Assembly: GCF_964355755.1 (NCBI RefSeq)
Contig: NC_092674.1
Coordinates: 8,990,001 to 9,054,000 of the forward strand
Reading direction: 5' to 3'
Length of the DNA: 64,000 bases
Source: Antedon mediterranea
Lineage: Eukaryota; Animalia; Echinodermata
In this document: one piece after another, positions 1-13,934 of the stretch
How the letters are laid out: every line of letters starts with the position of its first letter
How positions within the stretch are numbered: the first letter of the stretch is position 1
Notes under the pieces: generated by a model
What the model was told of the DNA's origin: nothing
The model's input: the letters and a program-made list of their open reading frames with translations, nothing else
Database searches by the model: none
Made by a program: the position numbers and the translations under genes

Positions 1-3000
1 TCACACAGCCTGGCTGAGGTGGGGGTATTCCTCCGGGACATTCGCGCAGTCCGGGGAGAGGGTAAACATAAAATAAGTACTTTCTATCTTATTTTTGTGA
101 TTTTGACACAATTTCCAAACAAAATGTGGTATTATGCAAATATATATTTGTCACCATCAACTTTCTAATTAAAAATATGTTCATAAAATGTATTTATATG
201 TGTTTTAGTAGTATTTTCACCCAGTGACTATTTGTGTACAAGGTCACAAACGCGGGGTGGGGATTCCTATGTAAACAAAGGATAGTGATGGTGCCAAATT
301 TTTACACCTTATTTTATTCATAACTTTCGAAATACTCAATCAATTTTGTTGATTTAAAGTTTAAAATGCTTACGATTACATACTCTTTCAAACTGAACAC
401 TATTCAAATGCAGAAAGATAAATTGAAAAATATATGCCAGTCCCTACCCTAGGCAGTATTCTGGTCAGCTGAATTGTCATAAATAAATGGCCCACATGTC
501 CCTTTTTGTTGATACTTTGTTAGTGTCGCAGAAGTGAGGTTATTGTCATGAGCAAAAACTCAAACCATCATCGTATCGAACGTTATTATTTTTGACACAA
601 GCCAGGCCAGGCATGCAGAGGGTGGCGCAGTGCAGTGCAGTCAGTTATAAACCGAGCGAGCCTACCAAACCTAGTTTAGGCCTAGCCTAAAAGGTAAAAT
701 GACTATCAATAACTTTTTGTTTTATGCTACAAATTGGTCATACTTACATTCTAAAAAATACTATATCGTCTGTTTTACAGACTTCACCTATAATGAACGA
801 TCTTAATAAATTCCTTTATAGAACATACAAAGTTATACTCGGTACAACATCGAAAAATTGTATAAGAAATTTAGTGCACACACAGGGGCTGGGCAATTAT
901 AGCACGCATGCGTAGCGACCTCTGGAGTATGATGGGATAGTGGTATTTTGTAGACGTTTGTAATAAAAGACTAATAACTTTATATCCACGTAAGAGGGCT
1001 ATTACTCTCTGGAAACAAAGACACTATCTTTGCCGGAAAGCACTCAGAAACTGAGTGAAGTACTTCAACATTTTTGTCAGAGATGGAGCATGTTGAAAGA
1101 TACATGTTTTGTCTTTAGGTATTATAATGGTTCAAATCCTGCTGGGATTTATAATTTTTGATTTATATTATTATTATTCATTATTTAATTTATGTTTATT
1201 ATTATTTGATATTATATTATTCGTACAATTATTGTTTTTTTAAGTCCTTATCTAAGACAACTTGTTCTACCACCAACAAGAAAAAAACAATGGTCTTAAC
1301 AGCTTGGCCACTCGACTGATGTGTTGGTACATGTCAAAGCATATGTCCATGTCAAATTTTGCCAAGTAATCAAATTCAGTCAGTTGATTTCCCTTTCTTT
1401 CCAACAATTGAATTGCTACAATAATAGTTGCAAACGACAAATCAGATTTCCTCCAAACTCTGTCAGTATGACTGACACCACAAAACTATGGTCATTTTGA
1501 TGGTCCAAATACACTCAATAACAATCAATGACACAAAATAAAAAGTTCATTTTTCAAACTCAATATATTTATTTCATATACATTATGCTTATAGTAATAC
1601 ATTAAATAAATAATATATATTTCTTTTAACTTATTAAAACTGTCACTGTTACAGTATGCATCACCATCGTAGCAGCAATGATAAATGTAATACTTTTTTT
1701 TTATCTAATACTTTAAATTTTGCAGGTTACTAAAATGCCACTAATGACATACTTTGGTCTTAAACACTTTGTTAATAAATTTAAATCTAACGAAACAACA
1801 ACAAAAAAACCTCAATCGATATAAAAAAAAACATTAGATCAAGTTAAAAACCATTAACTTTTAGATATTTGTGAACAAACTTGGATCCAAGAGATATTAA
1901 TATATAATAAGGAAATGTATATATATATATATGTAATCATAATTTTCAATCATATTGAGACTAGATATAGATATATAAAACCCTTCATCAAACATATGAA
2001 ACTCATTTTTAATTCTCTTCTCCCTTTTATTCTGAAATAGTACAGAAGTACACAAATCAAAGAGGATGACAGTTGATATTGACATGAAATAATTGTTTGT
2101 TCCCGTGTTTGTTCAACTAGTAGGGGCCGAAGCATGTGAATGGAAATGAAGCTTTTTACTGTTCCGTCAACAAGCCTATAAGCAATGTTTAAACAAAATT
2201 AAATTTAACATTCTAAAAACTAAAATAAAATAATATAATAATGTCTAAATCTGTTCTTATAAATTAATGGCAAGTAGGTTAACTTCTTAAATTATATAAT
2301 TTAAAAAAACATTTATATAAAAAGTATTACACATTATTGGTTGAACTATCTATTCTTTAGTAGAATAATATATGGTTATAAAAAAATACTTAAAACTTTA
2401 CAATTACCCTTTGAGTCATAAAAAAACTATGTTTTTCAAATTTAGTTTACGTTTCAGTTTTATTCCGCAGCATAACAAAACAATTTTTGGCTGCGGAAAC
2501 TTAGAAGAAATCCGGAATCCACATACATGATATTTGCCTAAATACAGCAGAATATGGGTGTTAGGACACCCATATTCTGGGAAAACTATCCGAATGAACA
2601 GGAGCTAATATAGATTATAGCACTATGGTAATACCCTATTCAGACCTTATTCAGGGGACATCTCTATTAAAGAGACACTATGTTAGGTATTGAAGGTGTC
2701 CCCCTTCTGTATAAACTCTTTCTTAATAAATCTATATTTGTGCTATATAAAATGCACTGACTACCAAAACAAAAAACAAAACAAAAACAACCAGTATAAA
2801 GAAACATAAAAACAATTTTAAATTCCTACAAAACTAAAGAAAAAAAATGTCCAAAAACATACACATTCAACAATATTTATATACCACACCTAAAGCAGTA
2901 AGATAACAATATAAACTTTAATTATATATTATATGATTTTTATATGTTTATCCTTTTAAATGTTTATATTTTCAATAAATGTTATGAAGAACTCAGACAC

Positions 3001-3227
3001 GTTTTGTATCTATCTTATCCTACACCTATAATACTGAAGAAGGCTACTACTAAGTTCTGGTACGATTGAAGGGATGAGAGAACCATAGCTGCAGTGAGTC
3101 GCTCTAAGCACAAGTGATAAAACAGCATTTGATTTAAACTAACAACCTCATACAGTACAGTAAAAAAAAGTTTTAAAAAAAAGTTTTAAAGTAACTATAA
3201 ATATTGTTAAATTACCAAATTTGTCGA

Positions 3228-3440
3228 GTTCAATTGCCGAGTGGTTAAGCACTGTACCACAGAGCCATAATATCAGCACAGGTTTACAACATTCCTCGGC
3301 AATAGTTTTGAATAAAAGTTCTTAACTGGAGAACCAGAGTACACTTCTGTATTGTATGTACTTAACCATTGCATCTCTTGAAGTGTATGGCATTACTCCC
3401 GTGTTCTGGTCCTATATAGCTCCTTATCATCGCATTTGAG
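3228..3440 (+). mobile_element. Degenerate tRNA-derived SINE in the presumed 3' UTR or downstream region
   Basis: A-box-like TTGCCGAGTGGTTAAG, decayed B box, Deu-like body; boundaries approximate. Confidence 0.45.
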
Positions 3441-5184
3441 CTACAGCCCTAGCAGTTAAATCAATTCGTTACAGAAACCACAATCGTGGTGTAAACTAAC
3501 TAATAATCAAATTCTAAGTCAAATTTAAGTTATAGTATTCAATTGCACTACATACTGCAAGACAATGCAGAAAATGATCAAATAAGACAAAGTGGGAATT
3601 CCATTAATAGACCACCAAAAGACAATGACGTAATGATGTCACAATCTTTGAGCCACTGGCTGGCATTTAAACATTTTTACATTACTAAATATGTTTAGCC
3701 ACATTCCAAGATTTTTATCTTTTACTAAACATCATTGTTGAACAAAGTTGTTTTTTAAAAAATCAATTAAATCAACTATTCTACACTAATTGTAATTCAC
3801 TCAATGGCTCTGATTTAGTAGCTTCCATTCACTCTCTGCAAATCATAGATATAGTTCTGTAAATACTGCAAATTTGGAAAAAGTTTCAGAATTAAAAAAA
3901 AGGGAGGAGGTACCAGTTATAATGACCGAGTTTGGAGGTACCAGTTGTAATGACCGAGTTTGGAGGAAATCAGATTTGTCCTCTGCAACTAGTGGCATTT
4001 TAAAATATTCCCAGAAAGAAGAATAACCAGGCTAAAAAACAGGGATTTGAATGAAATGTCAGATATTAATTTGATGTGAGAAATGCAGGTGGTCCATCAT
4101 CATTGTCACTATTGTCAAATCTGTTACTACCTTGTTTAGCCAAATAAATAAACTCTATATAACTATCTTAAATAAATAATTTCATAAATTTTAAAGCAGC
4201 GATACCAATATATAATTTATCTTAAATAAATCGTAAATCTAAAATATCAACGATTGCGTTCTGTTCTAGTCATTGCAGATTGAATTATATAGGCAGAGTC
4301 AAATACTAGTTAAAGGCTTCATAAACACACATTATATACTTTCAAATATCATAATATATGAATGACCGAGTATAATTCAATGCTCAAGTAAAATCCCACC
4401 ACTAATTTTTTGACTACTCTGGAATACCAGTAACCAAATCACAGTTGGTCTACCAGAAGTAACCAGATCCTAGTTAAAACCAGTTAATTCAACTGGTTTC
4501 AACTGGAATTTTCTCCTAAAAAATTCCATTGGAATGAATTTCCCAAAAATATCATACTCGGCCATCCTGAATCGATACTTGGTCATATAATCTAATATAC
4601 CCATTTAAACAATTTTGGATGGAAGATCATTTTTTACATTAATTTATTTACAGCTACAGTGTTCTTTCCACCCAAGCACCATGGTGGTGAGAACTCCCTA
4701 GGTCATTTTTCTAAAACCAATAAATCCTAATTTCCTTACTAGATATGATGACTATGACATTTCATCTCCTGACATCCAAGGTAAATAAATAATTAATAAT
4801 TATTATTACTAATAATTAAACTGGGCAATGTTAAATATTTTTCCAACATGTAATCAATTGTAAGTTTTTAACCATTATTTTTAGAGCACCAGTTATTCAA
4901 TTTGTTTCTGCTTCCAAGAAATTTCGTAATAAGTAATTTATTCACACACTTTTTAACCAGTTAATTACTTGCAGAAGAGAAATTACAAGAGAAATAGGAA
5001 GACTGTCAGGCTTGCAAGAGAAGCAGGGACACTCTCAAACTTGCAAAAGAAAAAGGTTGTTATTCAGAGTTTCAAACTATTATGCTCAACCTTAAAGCAC
5101 AGGAGTTATTGATCAAGGTATAGTAGAGGTGTCATCAGACACAGTGCTTGATGCTTGGAGAGAACACTACAGATACAATGTTTC

Positions 5185-5369
5185 TTAAGTTATTTTAACA
5201 TTGTCTACACCATTCTCTTTTGTGTTACTAATGATAATGACTTCTGATAGTAGTGCACTTGCTTCCGAGTATTCTTCATCATTGTTACCTAGCGCATGCT
5301 GCTTTACTCCCAGCAGCAAGCAAGACTCGGTAGCACTCTCATCATCTTCCTCTTTTTCTTGAACATCAT
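5185..5369 (-). CDS. UNC80: UNC80 terminal coding exon
   Basis: DVQEKEEDDESATES...NGVDNVKIT followed by TAA; phase matches the preceding exon. Confidence 0.8.
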
Positions 5370-5748
5370 CTTCAAAAATAGAAAAAAAGTGACAACTTTA
5401 ACTACTTGTGAAAAGATGTTGATTGGATAAAAAGTCTAATTGCTGCGATAGAATTGCCAGGATTTCCACTTGTGTTAACTACCAATTACAGTACAGTATA
5501 ATTCTACAGTATCATAGGCAATGTATCTCATATAAGGCCTGTACTTAATAAGGTTAATTTAAACTAATAATGGTCCATGATATAGCTGTTTTGGCAATTT
5601 TGTAAACTCTAGCAGATTTGATTATCATTATTTTCTTTTAAAAAATATTTTCAAAAACATTTTATAATTGTACGAATTTGGTGTGAACTGAACCCATTTT
5701 TCTCAGGGCACTGGAGCGAATCTGGGAGCAGTGTGAAAGCAGCTTTAC

Positions 5749-6105
5749 CTGGTATGCAATCTTCCTGTAAAGTTTCCATACTCCTGGTCAGTGCATCTGA
5801 TCGAAGTCGCCTTGTACTCGCTCTGTTACTTGGTATTTTCTTAATTCGGCGTTGGAATTTCTTTCCTGGGGAGTTGTTAGGTGTCTCCACATTAGCCACA
5901 GGGGATGATTGAGGGCTTTCTTCAGTTTCAAGTCTTTCTTCTTGTTTTACCTGCTCCACAGTATCTACTGTATCCGTTGACGGTTTCTCCAGGTTTTCAC
6001 GGAAGACCTCTGTAAGTTCCATTGTGTTATCACGTCCACCACGCACCGAGTGGCGTACACGTCTTGTACTCTGCTTGGGGCGTTTAGTGGTTGTGCGAAT
6101 AGTAG
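5749..6105 (-). CDS. UNC80: UNC80 exon (C-terminal tail)
   Basis: TIRTTTKRPKQSTRR...LQEDCIP; ttcag/gtaaag; overlaps ORF 5651..6046. Confidence 0.85.
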
Positions 6106-6214
6106 CTGAAAATTTAATATTATATCATTTTTTTTAATTAGATATACTTATATATCGCACATTTTCAATCGCAATATACAATTTATTTTATCTAAAGGTG
6201 AACTTTCTACTTAC

Positions 6215-6325
6215 TTTTTCTTGTAAATCTGTCTTTCAATGATGTTTTTCGTAAAAATGGCGGTGTTCTACCCGTCTTAGACTGATAGTTGGTCTCCATA
6301 ATTTCATCTGTCATTTTTGTGTGAT
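6215..6325 (-). CDS. UNC80: UNC80 exon (C-terminal tail)
   Basis: HTKMTDEIMETNYQSKTGRTPPFLRKTSLKDRFTRK; phase 1-1. Confidence 0.85.
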
Positions 6326-6451
6326 CTAAAAGTACATGATTATGAATAATTATAATAGCATCTTTTTAAATCTTTCATTGGGGATATATTTTCCACAATG
6401 CACATCAAGCATGACATTTTGGAAAGAGTCTAACATTCCTCTCTCTTAGCA

Positions 6452-7046
6452 TAAGACCCAAAAAGAAACATGCTTGTTAAGCGTCACCGGACACTCTTGA
6501 TTATACAGCCGCCTTTCTTCTTTTTTTCCCCCATATACGACGAAAAGTTCCGTGGCCCGGCCAAGCCCCAGAGGGATGTTGCATCTCATGAAACATTTCG
6601 TCCTATGAGACGTTTTTTTACCCCTGAGTCGCTGCAGCCCATTCGATTGTGTTTTAAAGTGCAAACAAATATATCAACGGTAGCGGTACCTGTACAGTTT
6701 ACAACAATTGATAAATTGTATTTGCGATACTCTATGTTTTGAATAAATGATACACTTCTCTTCTCTTGTTTATTTAATATTCTACTGTGAACAACTGGCG
6801 ATTGAAACATTAGCCCGCTCGCGACCGGGAACCAGAATAAAGCACGATCCAGCGAGTTAAAAATGTTTGTGTGGCGGTTTATTAACCATGTGAGAATGAC
6901 AGCGAGTGCGTATCTAATGATGTACAAGGCGGTGATCGCGCAAAAATATACCTCCATAAAAAGTTTAAACAGAAAAAAAACCTCCCCCCTCCCCTGAAAG
7001 TTTATGAGGGTGTGATGCTTAACAAGTATTTTTTTTCTTTGGCCTA
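6452..7046. mobile_element. Non-autonomous DNA transposon (hAT-like MITE)
   Basis: About 35-bp imperfect TIRs (taagaccc...cttgttaagcgtcac / gtgatgcttaacaag...ggccta); flanks tcttagca/atctagca resemble a decayed 8-bp TSD. Confidence 0.7.
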
Positions 7047-7163
7047 ATCTAGCATTACATGTTGTTTACTAAAGATGTTGATGCTCAAGAATAGCAACCT
7101 CTATGGTTTAATAAAGTTGTTTAATAATGTTTTTTTGATGTTTCTTCATTCAAATGTACTCAC

Positions 7164-7329
7164 CTCTTGGTACATACATATGGTCTCTAAGATATCGAAC
7201 CTCTTGAGCCAATTCTGTGAGTGTATCTCGCTTTGATTTAGGTTGCGGTACAAAATGACATCTCAATTTCTTGGCAATGTATTGTTGAAAAGTTATCTCA
7301 GCTTCAGTCTCACAGATCATCTTTAACAT
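7164..7329 (-). CDS. UNC80: UNC80 exon
   Basis: MLKMICETEAE...PKSKRDTLTELAQEVRYLRDHMYVPR. Confidence 0.92.
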
Positions 7330-7653
7330 CTATAAGAAAAATTAAAATATAAACAAAATATGATTTGTGAAAAAAAAAAATACTTTGTGAAAAAAATATA
7401 CATTTATATACTCTATAGATATAAAGTAAAAACACAGACTATAAGAGTTACCACCGCTTCACTAAAGGATCATAACAACATTTTAGTACTGCGGTTACAT
7501 TTTGTTTAACTTATTTATGCCATTATTTGGGATGCCTTCCTTGGGGTAGTCATACACACTGTTTAGTTTTAACCAACTTCATTCTATTCCTACATTACTG
7601 CAATAAAAAATGTGGTTACTGCAGTACCAGTAGAAAAATTATACTTTAATTAC

Positions 7654-7838
7654 CTTGAATGCAATATATGGCTGCAACATAATGTAAAGAGGTGTTCGGA
7701 CAGTGAGAACGAAATCCAAGAAACTCCACAAGGCATCCCCACCAAGCATTTTGGAGCCCATTTCTTTGATTGTGTTAGATATGCGATACCAGTCTGAGCC
7801 AAGTTGTTTCTCGAAACACACGATCATGATTTTCAAAC
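7654..7838 (-). CDS. UNC80: UNC80 exon
   Basis: LKIMIVCFEKQLGSDWY...LWSFLDFVLTVRTPLYIMLQPYIAFK. Confidence 0.95.
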
Positions 7839-7972
7839 CTTCAATTGAAACAAAATTATCTTCATTAATGCTTATTTAACATAAAAATTAAATGTGTCTT
7901 TGGTACACTTAAATCGAAATAATTAAAATAATAATAATCAATGATTATTTTTAATAGAGTTAATTTTCATAC

Positions 7973-8185
7973 CAAGAAATGCTGCCTCGTACAATGATTC
8001 TGACACAGGCGCATTTGGGTCACGGTACGTTATGCCTGAATGACTTGGTAAGTCTGAGAATGACGATGCGTGATGATGATGATGCTTCGTGGACGTTGGT
8101 ATACGTTGCTTATTCGGTGGGAGTAACGCATAAATTATCATACTCAGCGCAAACGAAACATCCTTTTCTCGAATCTTTGGCGAGT
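7973..8185 (-). CDS. UNC80: UNC80 exon
   Basis: SPKIREKDVSFALSMIIYALLPP...SLYEAAFL. Confidence 0.93.
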
Positions 8186-8539
8186 CTGAAGATAAAAGAG
8201 AATTATTTAAAAAGCACTGGTATGCCATTCTATGAAAAATTGTGTGACGTAAGTTTTTTCCACATCCAAATGGTATATAAATGTTATCAATAATTCCTGC
8301 ACCCAACCAATCATTTATTCATAGAAGTACTGATTGGTGGTGACCAATGAAATGAACAATACAGGACCGGTATGAATGCACATTCAATTTTGCCTTGGAT
8401 TTGTAGGTTGGTGAATAACGTACTTGTCTCTTAATCCAAAGGTCCAAGACTTAACTCTGACCCATAATATAGTTAATTGCTACTGGATGTGTTTAAATAA
8501 GATTAAATAAAAAATAATGCTGAAAAACAGAAACAGTAC

Positions 8540-8663
8540 CTTTTCGGGAGCAACCAACTCGTAAAATAAGAGGCAGTATAAGATTTAAAAGAATACTCTC
8601 AGTACGTTCCTGTGATGAGAAAACTGGCATCCCTCCAAACACCTGCTCTAGCGTGTATGTATC
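8540..8663 (-). CDS. UNC80: UNC80 exon
   Basis: DTYTLEQVFGG...LLNLILPLILRVGCSRK. Confidence 0.93.
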
Positions 8664-9429
8664 CTAAACATTATCAATCATAATTGAAATTTATTCAAGA
8701 ATATAATTAATATATATATAATATATAAGATGAAGATGATATAAAATTAACGTATTGTTCCTTGAAAATGACAATTTGTGTATCAAAATAAATAAATGTT
8801 GTTGAACATAAATCAGAGTATAAAACATTATTCCTCTTTAAAATGTTGCAACAGATATTGATTTTTTGCCAGTCAGTTTTTATCAGAATCTGGATAAGCA
8901 CTGTATTTTACTATTATTAAACTTTAGAACTTGCCTAAAAATTCAGTTATATAAAATGTAATACTTTTGATAAATATTGTCAAAATCCGGGAACAACAGA
9001 TCTTTACCAGTCATACAATGTAATGAACAGTTTGGAACCAAAACCAACAAACACACCAACGACATAAACCAAACTAATGGAAAATGATCATAGTATTTTT
9101 ATCCAATAATGTATACAATAACTCTGTTGTTGTAAAAGTACATAATACTAAAGATATTATGTAAGATAGCATGTGTCTATCTCTTCTTTTACATACTTTT
9201 CTTACATTGCACGCACATTTAGTGATGCAAATTGATACTTTAAAAAATGAAAGAAAAATTAATATTATAAAGTAATGAAAAAAAAGTATGGCATAATATT
9301 ATTATGTAACTGAATATTAAAAAAGAAAGTTGATACAACAATGTCTTGTAATTAACAATGTCTTATTTGATCAAATGTTTCATAGATACTGGAATTTATC
9401 GGTATTTTGTGATAAAAATGTAGTTCTGT

Positions 9430-9770
9430 ATGCAAGAAAGAAGATTCAGATAAAATGTATCTGGATATATTATTTTCTGATAAAATAATATGTTTCTGAT
9501 AAAATGAAGATTTTCTGGTGAATTGTATTTATGAAAAATGTCTGAAAAGTTTCTGATGAAATATGTATTACTGATGAAATGTTTTCTGCTTAGAGTTCTG
9601 ATGAAATTTATCATTCTGATCAAATGTTTTCTGAAGATTTTCAGATAAAATGTACTGTTTCTGAGAAATGTTGAATAGTGTCTGATAAAATGTGTTTCTG
9701 AAAAAAAGTTCTTTTGCTAGTTTTCTGATGAAATATGTGTTGCTGATTAGTTTCTGATGAAATGTATTAC
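9430..9770. repeat. Degenerate minisatellite (TTCTGATGAAATG-like units)
   Basis: Many imperfect copies visible. Confidence 0.75.
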
Positions 9771-10597
9771 ACTACATATGATCAATACAAGCTATGTACC
9801 ATAGTGATTACCAGAGATGAGTGAATACAAACTGTATCGCAAGCTACTCTGAAACTTTCATTAAATACTGCAATATGGTAGTTTTACATTATCAAAATAC
9901 TGTAATACTAAATACACAAGCAAAAGCTGTTATTACACCATACCAAAAGATGATAAAATACACGCATCCTAAAATCACAGAATGTTTACTTTTACAAAAT
10001 AAATCATATGGGTTAAACAATGAAATATATTTGTAATATTTAATATACCCGACTTTACAACCATGCTAAATAATGAATATTCATATAATATAGGTAACAT
10101 TATAAACAGTCATAAACAAATTATAAATATTCATGCCTTTTATGCTTTTTCTGTAAACATGCTTTATTAAATTTATAACAAAACAATACAAAATTACATA
10201 TTAATTTTTGTTATTCACCTTTTAGCATGCAAACATTACTATAGTGCAGGATAAAGTCATAGAAAAACATATGAATATTTACACATGTGATATGACAGTA
10301 CATATATATACACAATAAATAATATTACAATTTTATTTTAAATATTCATTAGAGTTTATAAATATTCATGCCATAGATACATTAACAAGAACCACATTAC
10401 TATATGAATTTAAATGTTAATATTAATTACAAAATAATATTTTACAAAACTGTATTGTCACAAATATCCCACAGTACAAAAATCTTTTTTATTTGGTCAT
10501 GCAAACATAAATTTGAATTATACACATTGTTTTTGTTTAAAAAACATGTCTGTTTAATAGTGGTTCAGTGAATGAACTAATATGATTGGCTACTTGC

Positions 10598-10621
10598 CTT
10601 GAGTTTCAGCCAATACTGATG
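10598..10621 (-). CDS. UNC80: Candidate 24-nt UNC80 microexon (HQYWLKLK) with GC donor
   Basis: catgcttgcatacag|CATCAGTATTGGCTGAAACTCAAG|gcaagt; in frame in a phase-0 intron. Confidence 0.5.
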
Positions 10622-11159
10622 CTGTATGCAAGCATGTGACCAAACAAATCACCAATCACAAACATCAATGGACATAAAGATAAAATGGTTAGTAAACTAC
10701 TAAATATGTAGCTAAACTACTGTAAGCAGAAGATATCATAAATTAATGAAGTTTTGAAAACAAAGTGAAAATGGCCTTTTAAAGAAACGCTAGTTGATAA
10801 TACCAAGTACTGTATGATTTTTACGATCAATCTGGAAATTACCTCGCATGCAATTTAAACAATCTGTAATTTTGCTCAATAAAGAGATAATTGCAGTAAA
10901 AAATAAATGTTAAAAAACTAAATAAAATTTTGGAAAGTTTACTTTGAATTAACAAATATTAATTTTGACACTTTAATTAGCAAATTACTTTATTATAATT
11001 AGTCAATTAATTAGGCGGATTTTTGACAAGATGACTGCATTATACAAACAATGAGAAAAAGAATAATGGAGATGAAATAGATAAACATATGATATCTTCA
11101 ACATACAAGGATGAGTCTAGAAAATAATCCTATGAATATGTAAATGAGTAGGAAATGAA

Positions 11160-11525
11160 TTATTCATAGATTATGGAAACAAATTTAGCTCATACATATT
11201 CATGAATGTTAATCGCTACTGTTGGTATGACACTTCAATGAGCTAGAATTTTGATCAGAGGTATATGTTAGCATAATAATGTCCAATTTAGCTCATATGT
11301 ATTCATAACGGTGTAATAGTTACAGCACAAAGGTTTGGTATATAAATAGAATAGTGTCAAATTTAGCTTTATACATATTCATGAATATTAATTTAGCTCA
11401 TACATATTCATGAATATCAACTCTATTTATGTAATGAGCAATAAGTTTAAAATGATATACAGGAGTGTCAAATTTAACTCATACATATTCATGAATGTTA
11501 ATCTATACTCATTGCATATTCATAG
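11160..11525. repeat. Local imperfect repeats of AATTTAGCTCATACATATTCATGAAT
   Basis: At least five copies. Confidence 0.75.
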
Positions 11526-12948
11526 TGATATTTTCCACATATTTATGGATATAACTATAAGGAGATCTGACCTACAGAAATGGGATTTGAAATAGATGAA
11601 TTGTTATTCGGAAGGGAACATCACTATGGAAATAAATTATTAAGTATCAATACTATTTTAAGAAATTAAATATTTAAAAAAATATACTTATATAATTAAT
11701 ATTAAATTATCCAATGCAATACACATCAAGGTATAATGTAATAATTTGTACTTGAATAATTTTGGATTGGAAATAATGTTATAGGAAGCTTACACAGTAA
11801 TTATACTGTATGGCAGAGTATTGTACTATGTGGCGCAGTAATTATATTGTATGACACAGTGTTTATTATACTGTATCCTTTACTTAATTCCATAGTAAAA
11901 ATTAGGTCAAAATTAAAAGTGATTATCTCTTCATGGAAAAGATAATATATTAAACGAAAATATATAATCGGATAGGAAAAAATGAGTTCATTAAATAATT
12001 TTCGGTCCAAATCTTTGGTAATATGGACCCCTGGGAAATAAATAAAAAGTATTAAGTGCTTAAATTAACAATTTTCATGCACAAACGATGTATGATCATG
12101 CTATTGTTGGAGACAAAAACATTCTATATCCAAGATGCAGATTTCATAGCAAATGAAATTGAACATACAGGCAAGGTAAACGAGACGTTTCAGCCATCGG
12201 GTAGTGAATTTAAAACGCATTTCATACGGGATAATAGCAATATTGCAATAAACAGCTTATTGAATTTTGGTATTAATAATAACGTACAGGTCGATATTAT
12301 GACCTCTCTATAGCAATTAGAATTTTATCTTTTGCTTTCACTAAAGACAAAAAAAAACAAGATTTGACCAAAAACTAGGGTTATTTAAAGCATATATTTT
12401 ACAGAAAAATGTCCCCTTATAGGAGTGTGCTCTGAAAAGAGTTTCCTGAAGGAGGGGCTCTATTGAATTTAGGAAGAAACTGGCATAATTTTGAAAGTTT
12501 ATTATCATATAATCAAATTCAAATAAACTTGTATTGCAGTTTGATAGCTGGAAACAGCAATGCATCAAGGGTGAAATAAAATATATATAAATTAAAAATG
12601 ACAATATATCATTAAATGCTTAGAAAAAAAAACATAAAAATCAATAAATATTACAAAAATATTTAAACATTGTGTAACAGCAAACAAAAAGCAAGGCAAT
12701 AATAACTATAATATTAAAATATTATTCAATACACTAAATAAAATAATAAATATTAAATTCACAAATAAATATTTTTAAAAATATGAGCAAATGTTTAAAC
12801 AATGATATTGTAGGCCTACCTACTTAGAAACTAACATAAACAATTTGAACTAAGGATTTGGTTGATAATATAGTTAAATAGTTTTTGCCGTAAAAAATAC
12901 ATACATTAATTATACAGTCACTGCAGCAAAATTATATTAAAACATTAA

Positions 12949-13151
12949 ACCTTTTCACACTAACAGTGAACAGACCAGAGGTTTTTGTACGGAATTGTTT
13001 ACAAGCACATTATTAGAAATACAGTGAAAACTAAAGAAATTGCGCTCTTTTTGTTTTGATAAACTGTTTGCTGTTCATATTGTTAAAAATACTTTTGTGG
13101 AAACAATAAACTATCAAGATATATTAATAGTTTCGTTAGTGTGAAAAGGGT
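12949..13151. mobile_element. MITE
   Basis: TIRs accttttcacactaac / gttagtgtgaaaagggt. Confidence 0.7.
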
Positions 13152-13659
13152 ACTGTAGTTGCGCTTAAATCAAGTACAATTATTAATATTGAAGATAATC
13201 TGAATAGCAACCAAACCTTATTAGAATGTTCATCTATATAATTAACATATTCAAATTATTTATTCACTCATGCAGCTAATCTCCTTTATCATTTAATAAT
13301 AATGTATAATATCACAATATAATCACAAAAGAAATAAGGCACTAAAACCCATGAGCATGCTATACTGCATATACTATTTATTATGCTTCTAATCAAAACG
13401 GTTTTTTTTATGAATATTTTGATAAGTTTGTAGGATTTTTAAAAAGCTTGGTAGATATTGATTTACACAAAAGTGGGTGTTATTAGGACACATGACATGT
13501 AAAAGAACATGCCCAAGAAGTATAAATTTCTACTAAGGAGAGCATATGTGGCTTAGGCAGATGACATACTTATATATATGATTAAAATAAATCCGGATAG
13601 GGGTTAATGACTGCTATAAACAATACACAAAAAAACAAACCTTATATTTCCATTAGCTT

Positions 13660-13930
13660 CAAGCAGTATGTTGTTATGATACACACAACCCACATGATTT
13701 AAGATTAACATAAAGACAGATGTTGCTATGGTACACATCGCACCTGCAGTTTATTATTAGCATAAATACAGGTGTTGCTATGATACTTATCATACCTGTA
13801 GCTTATGATTAACATAAAGACAGGTGTTGCTATGATACACATCACACCTGAATTGATAACCATAATGGCAAGTGTTTCTATGATACATATTACACCTGCA
13901 CTAATTAACATAAAAGTGGGATTTATTAAC
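13660..13930. repeat. About 40-bp tandem repeat abutting an exon donor
   Basis: GTGTTGCTATGATACACATCACACCTG...ATTAACATAAAGACAG, about six copies. Confidence 0.8.
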
Positions 13931-13934
13931 ATAC

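Noticed and set aside
1-930. GC-richer segments as a promoter or neighbouring gene
   Set aside because: They look like transposon fragments; no ORF or exon is supportable and the boundaries cannot be defined.
6446-6957. Overlapping ORFs as a transposase or nested gene
   Set aside because: They lie inside a 600-bp MITE and show no recognisable domain.
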